Below, piece by piece: positions 23,568-37,000 of a stretch of 64,000 bases of DNA; position 1 is the stretch's first letter; every line of letters begins with the position of its first letter. Below the pieces are notes generated by a model. The model was not told the DNA's origin. It saw only the letters and a list, made by a program, of their open reading frames with translations, and made no database searches. Both the position numbers and the translations under genes were made by a program. This DNA is from the human T2T-CHM13v2.0 reference genome, Homo sapiens, in assembly GCF_009914755.1 (NCBI RefSeq), contig NC_060934.1; one strand, given 5' to 3'.

Positions 23568-26500
23568 GAATTCTCAGTCACTTCTTTGTGTTGTGTGTAT
23601 TCAAGTCACAGAGTTGAACCTTCCTTTAGACAGAGCAGTTTTGAAAAATTCTTTCTGTGGAGTTTGCAAGTGGAGATTTCAAGCGATTTGAGGCTAATCT
23701 TTGAAATGGAAATATCTTCGTGTAAAAACTACACAGAATCATTCTCAGAAACTGCTTTGTCATCTGTGCGTTCAGTTCACAGAGTTTCACCTTTCTCTTC
23801 ATAGAGCAGTTTGGAAAGACTCTGTCTGTAAAGTCTGCAAGTGATTAGTTAGACCCCTTTGAGGCCTTCGTTGGAAGCGGGATTTCTCATTTACTGCTAG
23901 ACAGAAGAATTCTCAGTAAATCCTTTGTGTTGTGTGTATTCAACTCACAGAGTGGAACCTTCCTTTATTCAGAGCAGTTTTGAAAAACACTTTTTGTGGA
24001 ATTTGCAAGTGGAGATTTCAAGCGATTTGACGCCAATCTTAGACATGGAAATATCTTCATATTAAAAGTACACAGAGTCATTCGTAGAAACTAGTTTGTG
24101 ATGTGTGCCTTCAACTCACAGAGTTTAACCTTTCTTTTCATAGAGCAGTTTGGAAACACTCTATTTGTAAAGTCTGCAAGCGGATATTTGGACCTCTTTG
24201 AGGCCTTCGTTGGAAACGGGATTTCTTCATACAACGCTAGACAGAAGAATTCTCAGTAACTTCTTTGTGTTGTGTGTATTCAACTCACAGAGTTGAACCT
24301 TTCTTTAGAGAGAGCAGAGTTGAAACACTCTGTTTTTGGAATTTGCAAGGGCAGATTTCAAGCGATTCTAGGCCTATGGCAGAAAAGGAAATATCTTCGT
24401 ATAAAAACTACACAGAATCATTCTCAACAACTACTTTGTGATGTGTGCGTTCAACTCACAGAGTTTAACCTTTCTTTTCATAGAGCAGTTTGGAAACACT
24501 CTGTTTGTAAAGCCTGCAAGTGCTTTTTTGGACTTCATTGAGGCCTTCGTTGGAAACGGGATTTCTTCATATAATGCTAGACAGAAGAATTCTCAGTCAC
24601 TTCTTTGTGTTGTGTGTATTCAAGTCACAGAGTTGAACCTTCCTTTAGACAGAGCAGTTTTGAAAAATTCTTTCTGTGTAATTTGCAAGTGGAGATTTCA
24701 AGCGATTTGAGGCTAATCTTTGAAATGGAAATATCTTCGTGTAAAAACTACACAGAATCATTCTCAGAAACTGCTTTGTCATCTGTGCGTTCAGTTCACA
24801 GAGTTTCACCTTTCTCTTCATAGAGCAGTTTGGAAAGACTCTGTCTGTAAAGTCTGCAAGTGATTAGTTAGACCCCTTTGAGGCCTTCGTTGGAAGCGGG
24901 ATTTCTCATTTACTGCTAGACAGAAGAATTCTCAGTAAATCCTTTGTGTTGTGTGTATTCAACTCACAGAGTGGAACCTTCCTTTATTCAGAGCAGTTTT
25001 GAAACACTCTTTTTGTGGAATTTGCAAGTGGAGATTTCAAGCGATTTGACGCCAATCTTAGACATGGAAATATCTTCATATTAAAAGTACACAGAGTCAT
25101 TCGTAGAAACTAGTTTGTGATGTGTGCCTTCAACTCACAGAGTTTAACCTTTCTTTTCATAGAGCAGTTGGGAAACACTCTATTTGTAAAGTCTGCAAGT
25201 GGATATTTGGACCTCTTTGAGGCCTTCGTTGGAAACGGGATTTCTTCATATAACGCTAGACAGAAGAATTCTCAGTAACTTCTTTGTGTTGTGTGTATTC
25301 AGCTCACAGAGTTGAACCTTTCTTTAGAGGGAGCAGAGGTGAAACACTCTTTTTGTGGAATTTGCTAGTGTAGATTTCAAACGCTTCGAAGACAGTGATA
25401 GAAAAGGATATATCTTCGTATTAAAAGTAGACAAAATCATTCTCAGAAAACTCTTTGTGATGTGTGTGTTCAACTCACAGAGTTTAACCTTTCTTTAATC
25501 GAGCAGTTTGGAAATACACTCTTTGTAAGTCTGCAGGTGGATATTTGGCCCTCTTTGAGCCCTTCGTTGGAAACGGGATTTCCTCATATAATGCTAGACA
25601 GAAGAATTCTCAGTAACTTCTTTGTGTTGTTTGTATTCAACACACAGATTTGAACCTTCCTTTAGAGAGAGCAGATTTGAAACACTCTGTTTTTGGAATT
25701 TGCAAGTGCAGATTTCAAGTGCTTCTAGGCCTATGGCAGAAAAGGAAATATCTTCGTATAAAAACTACACAGAATCATTCTCAACAACTACTTTGTGATG
25801 TGTGCGTTCAACTCACAGAGTTTAACCTTTCTTTTCATAGAGCAGTTTGGAAACACTCTGTTTGTAAAGCCTGCAAGTGCTTTTTTGGACTTCATTGAGG
25901 CCTTCGTTGGAAACGGTATTTCTTCATATAATGCTAGACAGAAGAATTCTCAGTCACTTCTTTGTGTTGTGTGTATTCAAGTCACAGAGTTGAACCTTCC
26001 TTTAGACAGAGCAGTTTTGAAAAATTCTTTCTGTGTAATTTGCAAGTGGAGATTTCAAGCGATTTGTGGCTAATCTTTGAAATGGAAATATCTTCGTGTA
26101 AAAACTACACAGAATCATTCTCAGAAACTGCTTTGTCATCTGTGCGTTCAGTTCACAGAGTTTCACCTTTCTCTTCATAGAGCAGTTTGGAAAGACTCTG
26201 TCTGTAAAGTCTGCAAGTGATTAGTTAGAACCCTTTGAGGCCTTCGTTGGAAGCGGGATTTCTCATTTACTGCTAGACAGAAGAATTCTCAGTAAATCCT
26301 TTGTGTTGTGTGTATTCAACTCACAGAGTGGAACCTTCCTTTATTCAGAGCAGTTTTGAAACACTCTTTTTGTGGAATTTGCAAGTGGAGATTTCAAGCG
26401 ATTTGACGCCAATCTTAGACATGGAAATATCTTCATATTAAAAGTACACAGAGTCATTCGGAGAAACTAGTTTGTGATGTGTGCCTTCAACTCACAGAGT

Positions 26501-27300
26501 TTAACCTTTCTTTTCATAGAGCAGTTGGGAAACACTCTATTTGTAAAGTCTGCAAGTGGATATTTGGACCTCTTTGAGGCCTTCGTTGGAAACGGGATTT
26601 CTTCATATAACGCTAGACAGAAGAATTCTCAGTAACTTCTTTGTGTTGTGTGTATTCAACTCACAGAGTTGAACCTTTCTTTAGAGGGAGCAGAGGTGAA
26701 ACACTCTTTTTGTGGAATTTGCTAGTGTAGATTTCAAACGCTTCGAAGACAGTGATAGAAAATGATATATCTTCGTATTAAAAGTAGACAAAATCATTCT
26801 CAGAAAACTCTTTGTGATGTGTGTGTTCAACTCACAGAGTTTAACCTTTCTTTAATCGAGCAGTTTGGAAATACACTCTTTGTAAGTCTGCAGGTGGATA
26901 TTTGGCCCTCTTTGAGCCCTTCGTTGGAAACGGGATTTCCTCATATAATGCTAGACAGAAGAATTCTCAGTAACTTCTTTGTGTTGTTTGTATTCAACAC
27001 ACAGATTTGAACCTTCCTTTAGAGAGAGCAGATTTGAAACACTCTGTTTTTGGAATTTGCAAGTGCAGATTTCAAGCGCTTCTAGGCCTATGGCAGAAAA
27101 GGAAATATCTTCGTATAAAAACTACACAGAATCATTCTCAACAACTACTTTGTGATGTGTGCGTTGAAGTCACAGAGGTTAACCTTTCTTTTCATAGAGC
27201 AGTTTGGAAACACTCTGTTTGTAAAGCCTGTAAGTGCTTTTTTGGACTTCATTGAGGCATTCGTTGGAAACGGGATTTCTTCATACAACGCTAGACAGAA

Positions 27301-30300
27301 GAATTCTCAGTAACTTCTTTGTGTTGTGTGTATTCAACTCACAGAGTTGAACCTTTCTTTAGAGAGAACAGAGTTGAAACACTCTGTTTTTGGAATTTGC
27401 AAGTGGAGATTTCAAGCGATTCTAGGCCTATGGCAGAAAAGGAAATATCTTCGTATAAAAACTACACAGAATCATTCTCAACAACTACTTTGTGATGTGT
27501 GCATTCAACTCACAGAGTTTAACCTTTCTTTTCATAGAGCAGTTTGGAAACACTCTGTTTGTAAAGCCTGCAAGTGCTTTTTTGGACTTCATTGAGGCCT
27601 TCGTTGGAAACGGGATTTCTTCATATAATGCTAGACAGAAGAATTCTCAGTCACTTCTTTGTGTTGTGTGTATTCAAGTCACAGAGTTGAACCTTCCTTT
27701 AGACAGAGCAGTTTTGAAAAATTCTTTCTGTGGAGTTTGCAAGTGGAGATTTCAAGCGATTTGAGGCTAATCTTTGAAATGGAAATATCTTCGTGTAAAA
27801 ACTACACAGAATCATTCTCAGAAACTGCTTTGTCATCTGTGCGTTCAGTTCACAGAGTTTCACCTTTCTCTTCATAGAGCAGTTTGGAAAGACTCTGTCT
27901 GTAAAGTCTGCAAGTGATTAGTTAGACCCCTCTGAGGCCTTCGTTGGAAGCGGGATTTCTCATTTACTGCTAGAGAGAAGAATTCTCAGTAAATCCTTTG
28001 TGTTGTGTGTATTCAACTCACAGAGTGGAACCTTCCTTTATTCAGAGCAGTTTTGAAAAACACTTTTTGTGGAATTTGCAAGGGGAGATTTCAAGCGATT
28101 TGACGCCAATCTTAGACATGGAAATATCTTCATATTAAAAGTACACAGAGTCATTCGTAGAAACTAGTTTGTGATGTGTGCCTTCAACTCACAGAGTTTA
28201 ACCTTTCTTTTCATAGAGCAGTTTGGAAACACTCTATTTGTAAAGTCTGCAAGTGGATATTTGGACCTCTTTGAGGCCTTCGTTGGAAACGGGATTTCTT
28301 CATACAACGCTAGACAGAAGAATTCTCAGTAACTTCTTTGTGTTGTGTGTATTCAACTCACAGAGTTGAACCTTTCTTTAGAGAGAGCAGAGTTGAAACA
28401 CTCTGTTTTTGGAATTTGCAAGTGCAGATTTCAAGCGATTCTAGGCCTATGGCAGAAAAGGAAATATCTTCGTATAAAAACTACACAGAATCATTCTCAA
28501 CAACTACTTTGTGATGTGTGGTTCAACTCACAGAGTTTAAACTTTCTTTTCATAGAGCAGTTTGGAAACACTCTGTTTGTAAAGCCTGCAAGTGCTTTTT
28601 TGGACTTCATTGAGGCCTTCGTTGGAAACGGGATTTCTTCATATAATGCTAGACAGAAGAATTCTCAGTCACTTCTTTGTGTTGTGTGTATTCAAGTCAC
28701 AGAGTTGAACCTTCCTTTAGACAGAGCAGTTTTGAAAAATTCTTTCTGTGTAATTTGCAAGTGGAGATTTCAAGCGATTTGAGGCTAATCTTTGAAATGG
28801 AAATATCTTCGTGTAAAAACTACACAGAATCATTCTCAGAAACTGCTTTGTCATCTGTGCGTTCAGTTCACAGAGTTTCACCTTTCTCTTCATAGAGCAG
28901 TTTGGAAAGACTCTGTCTGTAAAGTCTGCAAGTGATTAGTTAGACCTCTTTGAGGCCTTCGTTGGAAGCGGGATTTCTCATTTACTGCTAGACAGAAGAA
29001 TTCTCAGTAAATCCTTTGTGTTGTGTGTATTCAACTCACAGAGTGGAACCTTCCTTTATTCAGAGCAGTTTTGAAACACTCTTTTTGTGGAATTTGCAAG
29101 TGGAGATTTCAAGCGATTTGACGCCAATCTTAGACATGGAAATATCTTCATATTAAAAGTACACAGAGTCATTCGTAGAAACTAGTTTGTGATGTGTGCC
29201 TTCAACTCACAGAGTTTAACCTTTCTTTTCATAGAGCAGTTGGGAAACACTCTATTTGTAAAGTCTGCAAGTGGATATTTGGACCTCTTTGAGGCCTTCG
29301 TTGGAAACGGGATTTCTTCATATAACGCTAGACAGAGGAATTCTCAGTAACTTCTTTGTGTTGTGTGTATTCAACTCACAGAGTTGAACCTTTCTTTAGA
29401 GGGAGCAGAGGTGAAACAGTCTTTTTGTGGAATTTGCTAGTGTAGATTTCAAACGCTTCGAAGTCAGTGATAGAAAAGGATATATCTTCGTATTAAAAGT
29501 AGACAAAATCATTCTCAGAAAACTCTTTGTGATGTGTGTGTTCAACTCACAGAGTTTAACCTTTCTTTAATCGAGCAGTTTGGAAATACACTCTTTGTAA
29601 GTCTGCAGGTGGATATTTGGCCCTCTTTGAGCCCTTCTTTGGAAACGGGATTTCCTCTTATAATGCTAGACAGAAGAATTCTCAGTAACTTCTCTGTGTT
29701 GTTTGTATTCAACACACAGATTTGAACCTTGCTTTAGAGAGAGCAGATTTGAAACACTCTGTTTTTGGAATTTGCAAGTGCAGATTTCAAGCACTTCTAG
29801 GCCTATGGCAGAAAAGGAAATATCTTCGTATAAAAACTACACAGAATCATTCTCAACAACTACTTTGTGATGTGTGCGTTCAACTCACAGAGTTTAACCT
29901 TTCTTTTCATAGAGCAGTTTGGAAACACTCTGTTTGTAAAGCCTGCAAGTGCTTTTTTGGACTTCATTGAGGCCTTCGTTGGAAACGGGATTTCTTCATA
30001 TAATGCTAGACAGAAGAATTCTCAGTCACTTCTTTGTGTTGTGTGTATTCAAGTCACAGAGTTGAACCTTCCTTTAGACAGAGCAGTTTTGAAAAATTCT
30101 TTCTGTGGAGTTTGCAAGTGGAGATTTCCAGCGATTTGAGGCTAATCTTTGAAATGGAAATATCTTCGTGTAAAAACTACACAGAATCATTCTCAGAAAC
30201 TGCTTTGTCATCTGTGCGTTCAGTTCACAGAGTTTCACCTTTCTCTTCATAGAGCAGTTTGGAAAGACTCTGTCTGTAAAGTCTGCAAGTGATTAGTTAG

Positions 30301-33300
30301 ACCCCTTTGAGGCCTTCGTTGGAAGCGGGATTTCTCATTTACTGCTAGACAGAAGAATTCTCAGTAAATCCTTTGTGTTGTGTGTATTCAACTCACAGAG
30401 TGGAACCTTCCTTTATTCAGAGCAGTTTTGAAAAACACTTTTTGTGGAATTTGCAAGTGGAGATTTCAAGCGATTTGACGCCAATCTTAGACATGGAAAT
30501 ATCTTCATATTAAAAGTACACAGAGTCATTCGTAGAAACTAGTTTGTGATGTGTGCCTTCAACTCACAGAGTTTAACCTTTCTTTTCATAGAGCAGTTTG
30601 GAAACACTCTATTTGTAAAGTCTGCAAGTGGATATTTGGACCTCTTTGAAGCCTTCCTTGGAAACGGGATTTCTTCATACAACGCTAGACAGAAGAATTC
30701 TCAGTAACTTCTTTGTGTTGTGTGTATTCAACTCACAGAGTTGAACCTTTCTTTAGAGAGAACAGAGTTGAAACACTCTGTTTTTGGAATTTGCAAGTGC
30801 AGATTTCAAGCGATTCTAGGCCTATGGCAGAAAAGGAAATATCTTCGTATAAAAACTACACAGAATCATTCTCAACAACTACTTTGTGATGTGTGCATTC
30901 AAGTCACAGAGTTTAACCTTTCTTTTCATAGAGCAGTTTGGAAACACTCTGTTTGTAAAGCCTGCAAGTGCTTTTTTGGACTTCATTGAGGCCTTCGTTG
31001 GAAACGGGATTTCTTCATATAATGCTAGACAGAAGAATTCTCAGTCACTTCTTTGTGTTGTGTGTATTCAAGTCACAGAGTTGAACCTTCCTTTAGACAG
31101 AGCAGTTTTGAAAAATTCTTTCTGTGGAGTTTGCAAGTGGAGATTTCAAGCGATTTGAGGCTAATCTTTGAAATGGAAATATCTTCGTGTAAAAACTACA
31201 CAGAATCATTCTCAGAAACTGCTTTGTCATCTGTGAGTTCAGTTCACAGAGTTTCACCTTTCTCTTCATAGAGCAGTTTGGAAAGACTCTGTCTGTAAAG
31301 TCTGCAAGTGATTAGTTAGACCCCTCTGAGGCCTTCGTTGGAAGCGGGATTTCTCATTTACTGCTAGACAGAAGAATTCTCAGTAAATCCTTTGTGTTGT
31401 GTGTATTCAACTCACAGAGTGGAACCTTCCTTTATTCAGAGCAGTTTTGAAAAACACTTTTTGTGGAATTTGCAAGTGGAGATTTCAAGCGATTTGACGC
31501 CAATCTTAGACATGGAAATATCTTCATATTAAAAGTACACAGAGTCATTCGTAGAAACTAGTTTGTGATGTGTGCCTTCAACTCACAGAGTTTAACCTTT
31601 CTTTTCATAGAGCAGTTTGGAAACACTCTATTTGTAAAGTCTGCAAGTGGATATTTGGACCTCTTTGAGGCCTTCGTTGGAAACGGGATTTCTTCATACA
31701 ACGCTAGACAGAAGAATTCTCAGTAACTTCTTTGTGTTGTGTGTATTCAACTCACAGAGTTGAACCTTTCTTTAGAGAGAGCAGAGTTGAAACACTCTGT
31801 TTTTGGAATTTGCAAGTGCAGATTTCAAGCGATTCTGGGCCTATGGCAGAAAAGGAAATATCTTCGTATAAAAACTACACAGAATCATTCTCAACAACTA
31901 CTTTGTGATGTGTGCGTTCAACTCACAGAGTTTAAACTTTCTTTTCATAGAGCAGTTTGGAAACACTCTGTTTGTAAAGCCTGCAAGTGCTTTTTTGGAC
32001 TTCATTGAGGCCTTCGTTGGAAACGGGATTTCTTCATATAATGCTAGACAGAAGAATTCTCAGTCACTTCTTTGTGTTGTGTGTATTCAAGTCACAGAGT
32101 TGAACCTTCCTTTAGACAGAGCAGTTTTGAAAAATTCTTTCTGTGTAATTTGCAAGTGGAGATTTCAAGCGATTTGAGGCTAATCTTTGAAATGGAAATA
32201 TCTTCGTGTAAAAACTACACAGAATCATTCTCAGAAACTGCTTTGTCATCTGTGCGTTCAGTTCACAGAGTTTCACCTTTCTCTTCATAGAGCAGTTTGG
32301 AAAGACTCTGTCTGTAAAGTCTGCAAGTGATTAGTTAGACCTCTTTGAGGCCTTCGTTGGAAGCGGGATTTCTCATTTACTGCTAGACAGAAGAATTCTC
32401 AGTAAATCCTTTGTGTTGTGTGTATTCAACTCACAGAGTGGAACCTTCCTTTATTCAGAGCAGTTTTGAAACACTCTTTTTGTGGAATTTGCAAGTGGAG
32501 ATTTCAAGCAATTTGACGCCAATCTTAGACATGGAAATATCTTCATATTAAAAGTACACAGAGTCATTCATAGAAACTAGTTTGTGATGTGTGCCTTCAA
32601 CTCACAGAGTTTAACCTTTCTTTTCATAGAGCAGTTGGGAAACACTCTATTTGTAAAGTCTGCAAGTGGATATTTGGACCTCTTTGAGGCCTTCGTTGGA
32701 AACGGGATTTCTTCATATAACGCTAGACAGAGGAATTCTCAGTAACTTCTTTGTGTTGTGTGTATTCAACTCACAGAGTTGAACCTTTCTTTAGAGGGAG
32801 CAGAGGTGAAACAGTCTTTTTGTGGAATTTGCTAGTGTAGATTTCAAACGCTTCGAAGTCAGTGATAGAAAAGGATATATCTTCGTATTAAAAGTAGACA
32901 AAATCATTCTCAGAAAACTCTTTGTGATGTGTGTGTTCAACTCACAGAGTTTAACCTTTCTTTAATCGAGCAGTTTGGAAATACACTCTTTGTAAGTCTG
33001 CAGGTGGATATTTGGCCCTCTTTGAGCCCTTCTTTGGAAACGGGATTTCCTCTTATAATGCTAGACAGAAGAATTCTCAGTAACTTCTCTGTGTTGTTTG
33101 TATTCAACACACAGATTTGAACCTTGCTTTAGAGAGAGCAGATTTGAAACACTCTGTTTTTGGAATTTGCAAGTGCAGATTTCAAGCACTTCTAGGCCTA
33201 TGGCAGAAAAGGAAATATCTTCGTATAAAAACTACACAGAATCATTCTCAACAACTACTTTGTGATGTGTGCGTTCAACTCACAGAGTTTAACCTTTCTT

Positions 33301-34089
33301 TTCATAGAGCAGTTTGGAAACACTCTGTTTGTAAAGCCTGCAAGTGCTTTTTTGGACTTCATTGAGGCCTTCGTTGGAAACGGGATTTCTTCATATAATG
33401 CTAGACAGAAGAATTCTCAGTCACTTCTTTGTGTTGTGTGTATTCAAGTCACAGAGTTGAACCTTCCTTTAGACAGAGCAGTTTTGAAAAATTCTTTCTG
33501 TGGAGTTTGCAAGTGGAGATTTCCAGCGATTTGAGGCTAATCTTTGAAATGGAAATATCTTCGTGTAAAAACTACACAGAATCATTCTCAGAAACTGCTT
33601 TGTCATCTGTGCGTTCAGTTCACAGAGTTTCACCTTTCTCTTCATAGAGCAGTTTGGAAAGACACTGTCTGTAAAGTCTGCAAGTGATTAGTTAGACCCC
33701 TTTGAGGCCTTCGTTGGAAGCGGGATTTCTCATTTACTGCTAGACAGAAGAATTCTCAGTAAATCCTTTGTGTTGTGTGTATTCAACTCACAGAGTGGAA
33801 CCTTCCTTTATTCAGAGCAGTTTTGAAAAACACTTTTTGTGGAATTTGCAAGTGGAGATTTCAAGCGATTTGACGCCAATCTTAGACATGGAAATATCTT
33901 CATATTAAAAGTACACAGAGTCATTCGTAGAAACTAGTTTGTGATGTGTGCCTTCAACTCACAGAGTTTAACCTTTCTTTACATAGAGCAGTTTGGAAAC
34001 ACTCTATTTGTAAAGTCTGCAAGTGGATATTTGGACCTCTTTGAAGCCTTCGTTGGAAACGGGATTTCTTCATACAACGCTAGACAGAA
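27301..34089 (+). repeat. Tandem duplication, period 3394/3395 bp (20 monomers); ends approximate
   Basis: ORF offsets 27326/30720 and 29534/32929. Shared SNVs gtgcattc, cccctctgagg, tttaaacttt, cagaggaattc, ccttgcttt, ttgaagcct. Confidence 0.85.
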
Positions 34090-37000
34090 GAATTCTCAGT
34101 AACTTCTTTGTGTTGTGTGTATTCAACTCACAGAGTTGAACCTTTCTTTAGAGAGAGCAGAGTTGAAACACTCTGTATTTGGAATTTGCAACTGCAGATT
34201 TCAAGCGATTCTAGGCCTATGGCAGAAAAGGAAATATCTTCGTATAAAAACTACACAGAATCATTCTCAACAACTACTTTGTGATGTGTGCGTTCAACTC
34301 ACAGAGTTTAACCTTTCTTTTCATAGAGCAGTTTGGAAACACTCTGTTTGTAAAGCCTGCAAGTGCTTTTTTGGACTTCATTGAGGCCTTCGTTGGAAAC
34401 GGGATTTCTTCATATAATGCTAGACAGAAGAATTCTCAGTCACTTCTTTGTGTTGTGTGTATTCAAGTCACAGAGTTGAACCTTCCTTTAGACAGAGCAG
34501 TTTTGAAAAATTCTTTCTGTGGAGTTTGCAAGTGGAGATTTCAAGCGATTTGAGGCTAATCTTTGAAATGGAAATATCTTCGTGTAAAAACTACACAGAA
34601 TCATTCTCAGAAACTGCTTTGTCATCTGTGCGTTCAGTTCACAGAGTTTCACCTTTCTCTTCATAGAGCAGTTTGGAAAGACTCTGTCTGTAAAGTCTGC
34701 AAGTGATTAGTTAGACCCCTTTGAGGCCTTCGTTGGAAGCGGGATTTCTCATTTACTGCTAGACAGAAGAATTCTCAGTAAATCCTTTGTGTTGTGTGTA
34801 TTCAACTCACAGAGTGGAACCTTCCTTTATTCAGAGCAGTTTTGAAAAACACTTTTTGTGGAATTTGCAAGTGGAGATTTCAAGCGATTTGACGCCAATC
34901 TTAGACATGGAAATATCTTCATATTAAAAGTACACAGAGTCATTCGTAAAAACTAGTTTGTGATGTGTGCCTTCAACTCACAGAGTTTAACCTTTCTTTT
35001 CATAGAGCAGTTTGGAAACACTCTATTTGTAAAGTCTGCAAGTGGATATTTGGACCTCTTTGAGGCCTTCGTTGGAAACAGGATTTCTTCATACAACGCT
35101 AGACAGAAGAATTCTCAGTAACTTATTTGTGTTGTGTGTATTCAACTCACAGAGTTGAACCTTTCTTTAGAGAGAGCAGAGTTGAAACACTCTGTTTTTG
35201 GAATTTGCAAGTGCAGATTTCAAGCGATTCTAGGCCTATGGCAGAAAAGGAAATATCTTCGTATAAAAACTACACAGAATCATTCTCAACAACTACTTTG
35301 TGATGTGTGCGTTCAACTCACAGAGTTTAACCTTTCTTTTCATAGAGCAGTTTGGAAACACTCTGTTTGTAAAGCCTGCAAGTGCTTTTTTGGACTTCAT
35401 TGAGGCCTTCGTTGGAAACGGGATTTCTTCATATAATGCTAGACAGAAGAATTCTCAGTCACTTCTTTGTGTTGTGTGTATTCAAGTCACAGAGTTGAAC
35501 CTTCCTTTAGACAGAGCAGTTTTGAAAAATTCTTTCTGTGTAATTTGCAAGTGGAGATTTCAAGCGATTTGAGGCTAATCTTTGAAATGGAAATATCTTC
35601 GTGTAAAAACTACACAGAATCATTCTCAGAAACTGCTTTGTCATCTGTGCGTTCAGTTCACAGAGTTTCACCTTTCTCTTCATAGAGCAGTTTGGAAGGA
35701 CTCTGTCTGTAAAGTCTGCAAGTGATTAGTTAGACCCCTTTGAGGCCTTCGTTGGAAGCGGGATTTCTCATTTACTGCTAGACAGAAGAATTCTCAGTAA
35801 ATCCTTTGTGTTGTGTGTATTCAACTCACAGAGTGGAACCTTCCTTTATTCAGAGCAGTTTTGAAAAACACTTTTTGTGGAATTTGCAAGTGGAGATTTC
35901 AAGCGATTTGACGCCAATCTTAGACATGGAAATATCTTCATATTAAAAGTACACAGAGTCATTCGTAGAAACTAGTTTGTGATGTGTGCCTTCAACTCAC
36001 AGAGTTTAACCTTTCTTTTCATAGAGCAGTGTGGAAACACTCTATTTGTAAAGTCTGCAAGTGGATATTTGGACCTCTTTGAGGCCTTCGTTGGAAACGG
36101 GATTTCTTCATACAACGCTAGACAGAAGAATTCTCAGTAACTTCTTTGTGTTGTGTGTATTCAACTCACAGAGTTGAACCTTTCTTTAGAGAGAGCAGAG
36201 TTGAAACACTCTGTTTTTGGAATTTGCAACTGCAGATTTCAAGCGATTCTAGGCCTATGGCAGAAAAGGAAATATCTTCGTATAAAAACTACACAGAATC
36301 ATTCTCAACAACTACTTTGTGATGTGTGCGTTCAACTCACAGAGTTTAACCTTTCTTTTCGTAGAGCAGTTTGGAAACACTCTGTTTGTAAAGCCTGCAA
36401 GTGCTTTTTTGGACTTCATTGAGGCCTTCGTTGGAAACGGGATTTCTTCATATAATGCTAGACAGAAGAATTCTCAGTCACTTCTTTGTGTTGTGTGTAT
36501 TCAAGTCACAGAGTTGAACCTTCCTTTAGACAGAGCAGTTTTGAAAAATTCTTTCTGTGTAATTTGCAAGTGGAGATTTCAAGCGATTTGAGGCTAATCT
36601 TTGAAATGGAAATATCTTCGTGTAAAAACTACACAGAATCATTCTCAGAAACTGCTTTGTCATCTGTGCGTTCAGTTCACAGAGTTTCACCTTTCTCTTC
36701 ATAGAGCAGTTTGGAAAGACTCTGTCTGTAAAGTCTGCAAGTGATTAGTTAGACCTCTTTGAGGCCTTCGTTGGAAGCGGGATTTCTCATTTACTGCTAG
36801 ACAGAAGAATTCTCAGTAAATCCTTTGTGTTGTGTGTATTCAACTCACAGAGTGGAACCTTCCTTTATTCAGAGCAGTTTTGAAACACTCTTTTTGTGGA
36901 ATTTGCAAGTGGAGATTTCAAGCGATTTGACGCCAATCTTAGACATGGAAATATCTTCATATTAAAAGTACACAGAGTCATTCATAGAAACTAGTTTGTG

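Larger units (their letters stand above)
12510..27100 (+). repeat. Older tandem duplication, period 7467 bp then 7127 bp (one 340-bp dimer missing in the second copy); ends approximate
   Basis: ORF offsets of 7467 (12732/20199, 14941/22408) then 7127 (17145/24272, 19635/26762). Shared SNVs ccattattc, aagggcag, attcagctc, gatttgtggc, tcggagaa. Confidence 0.9.

Noticed and set aside
28345-28782. Longest ORF (145 aa)
   Set aside because: It is a fusion of two spurious frames by the single 1-bp deletion at 28520/28521.
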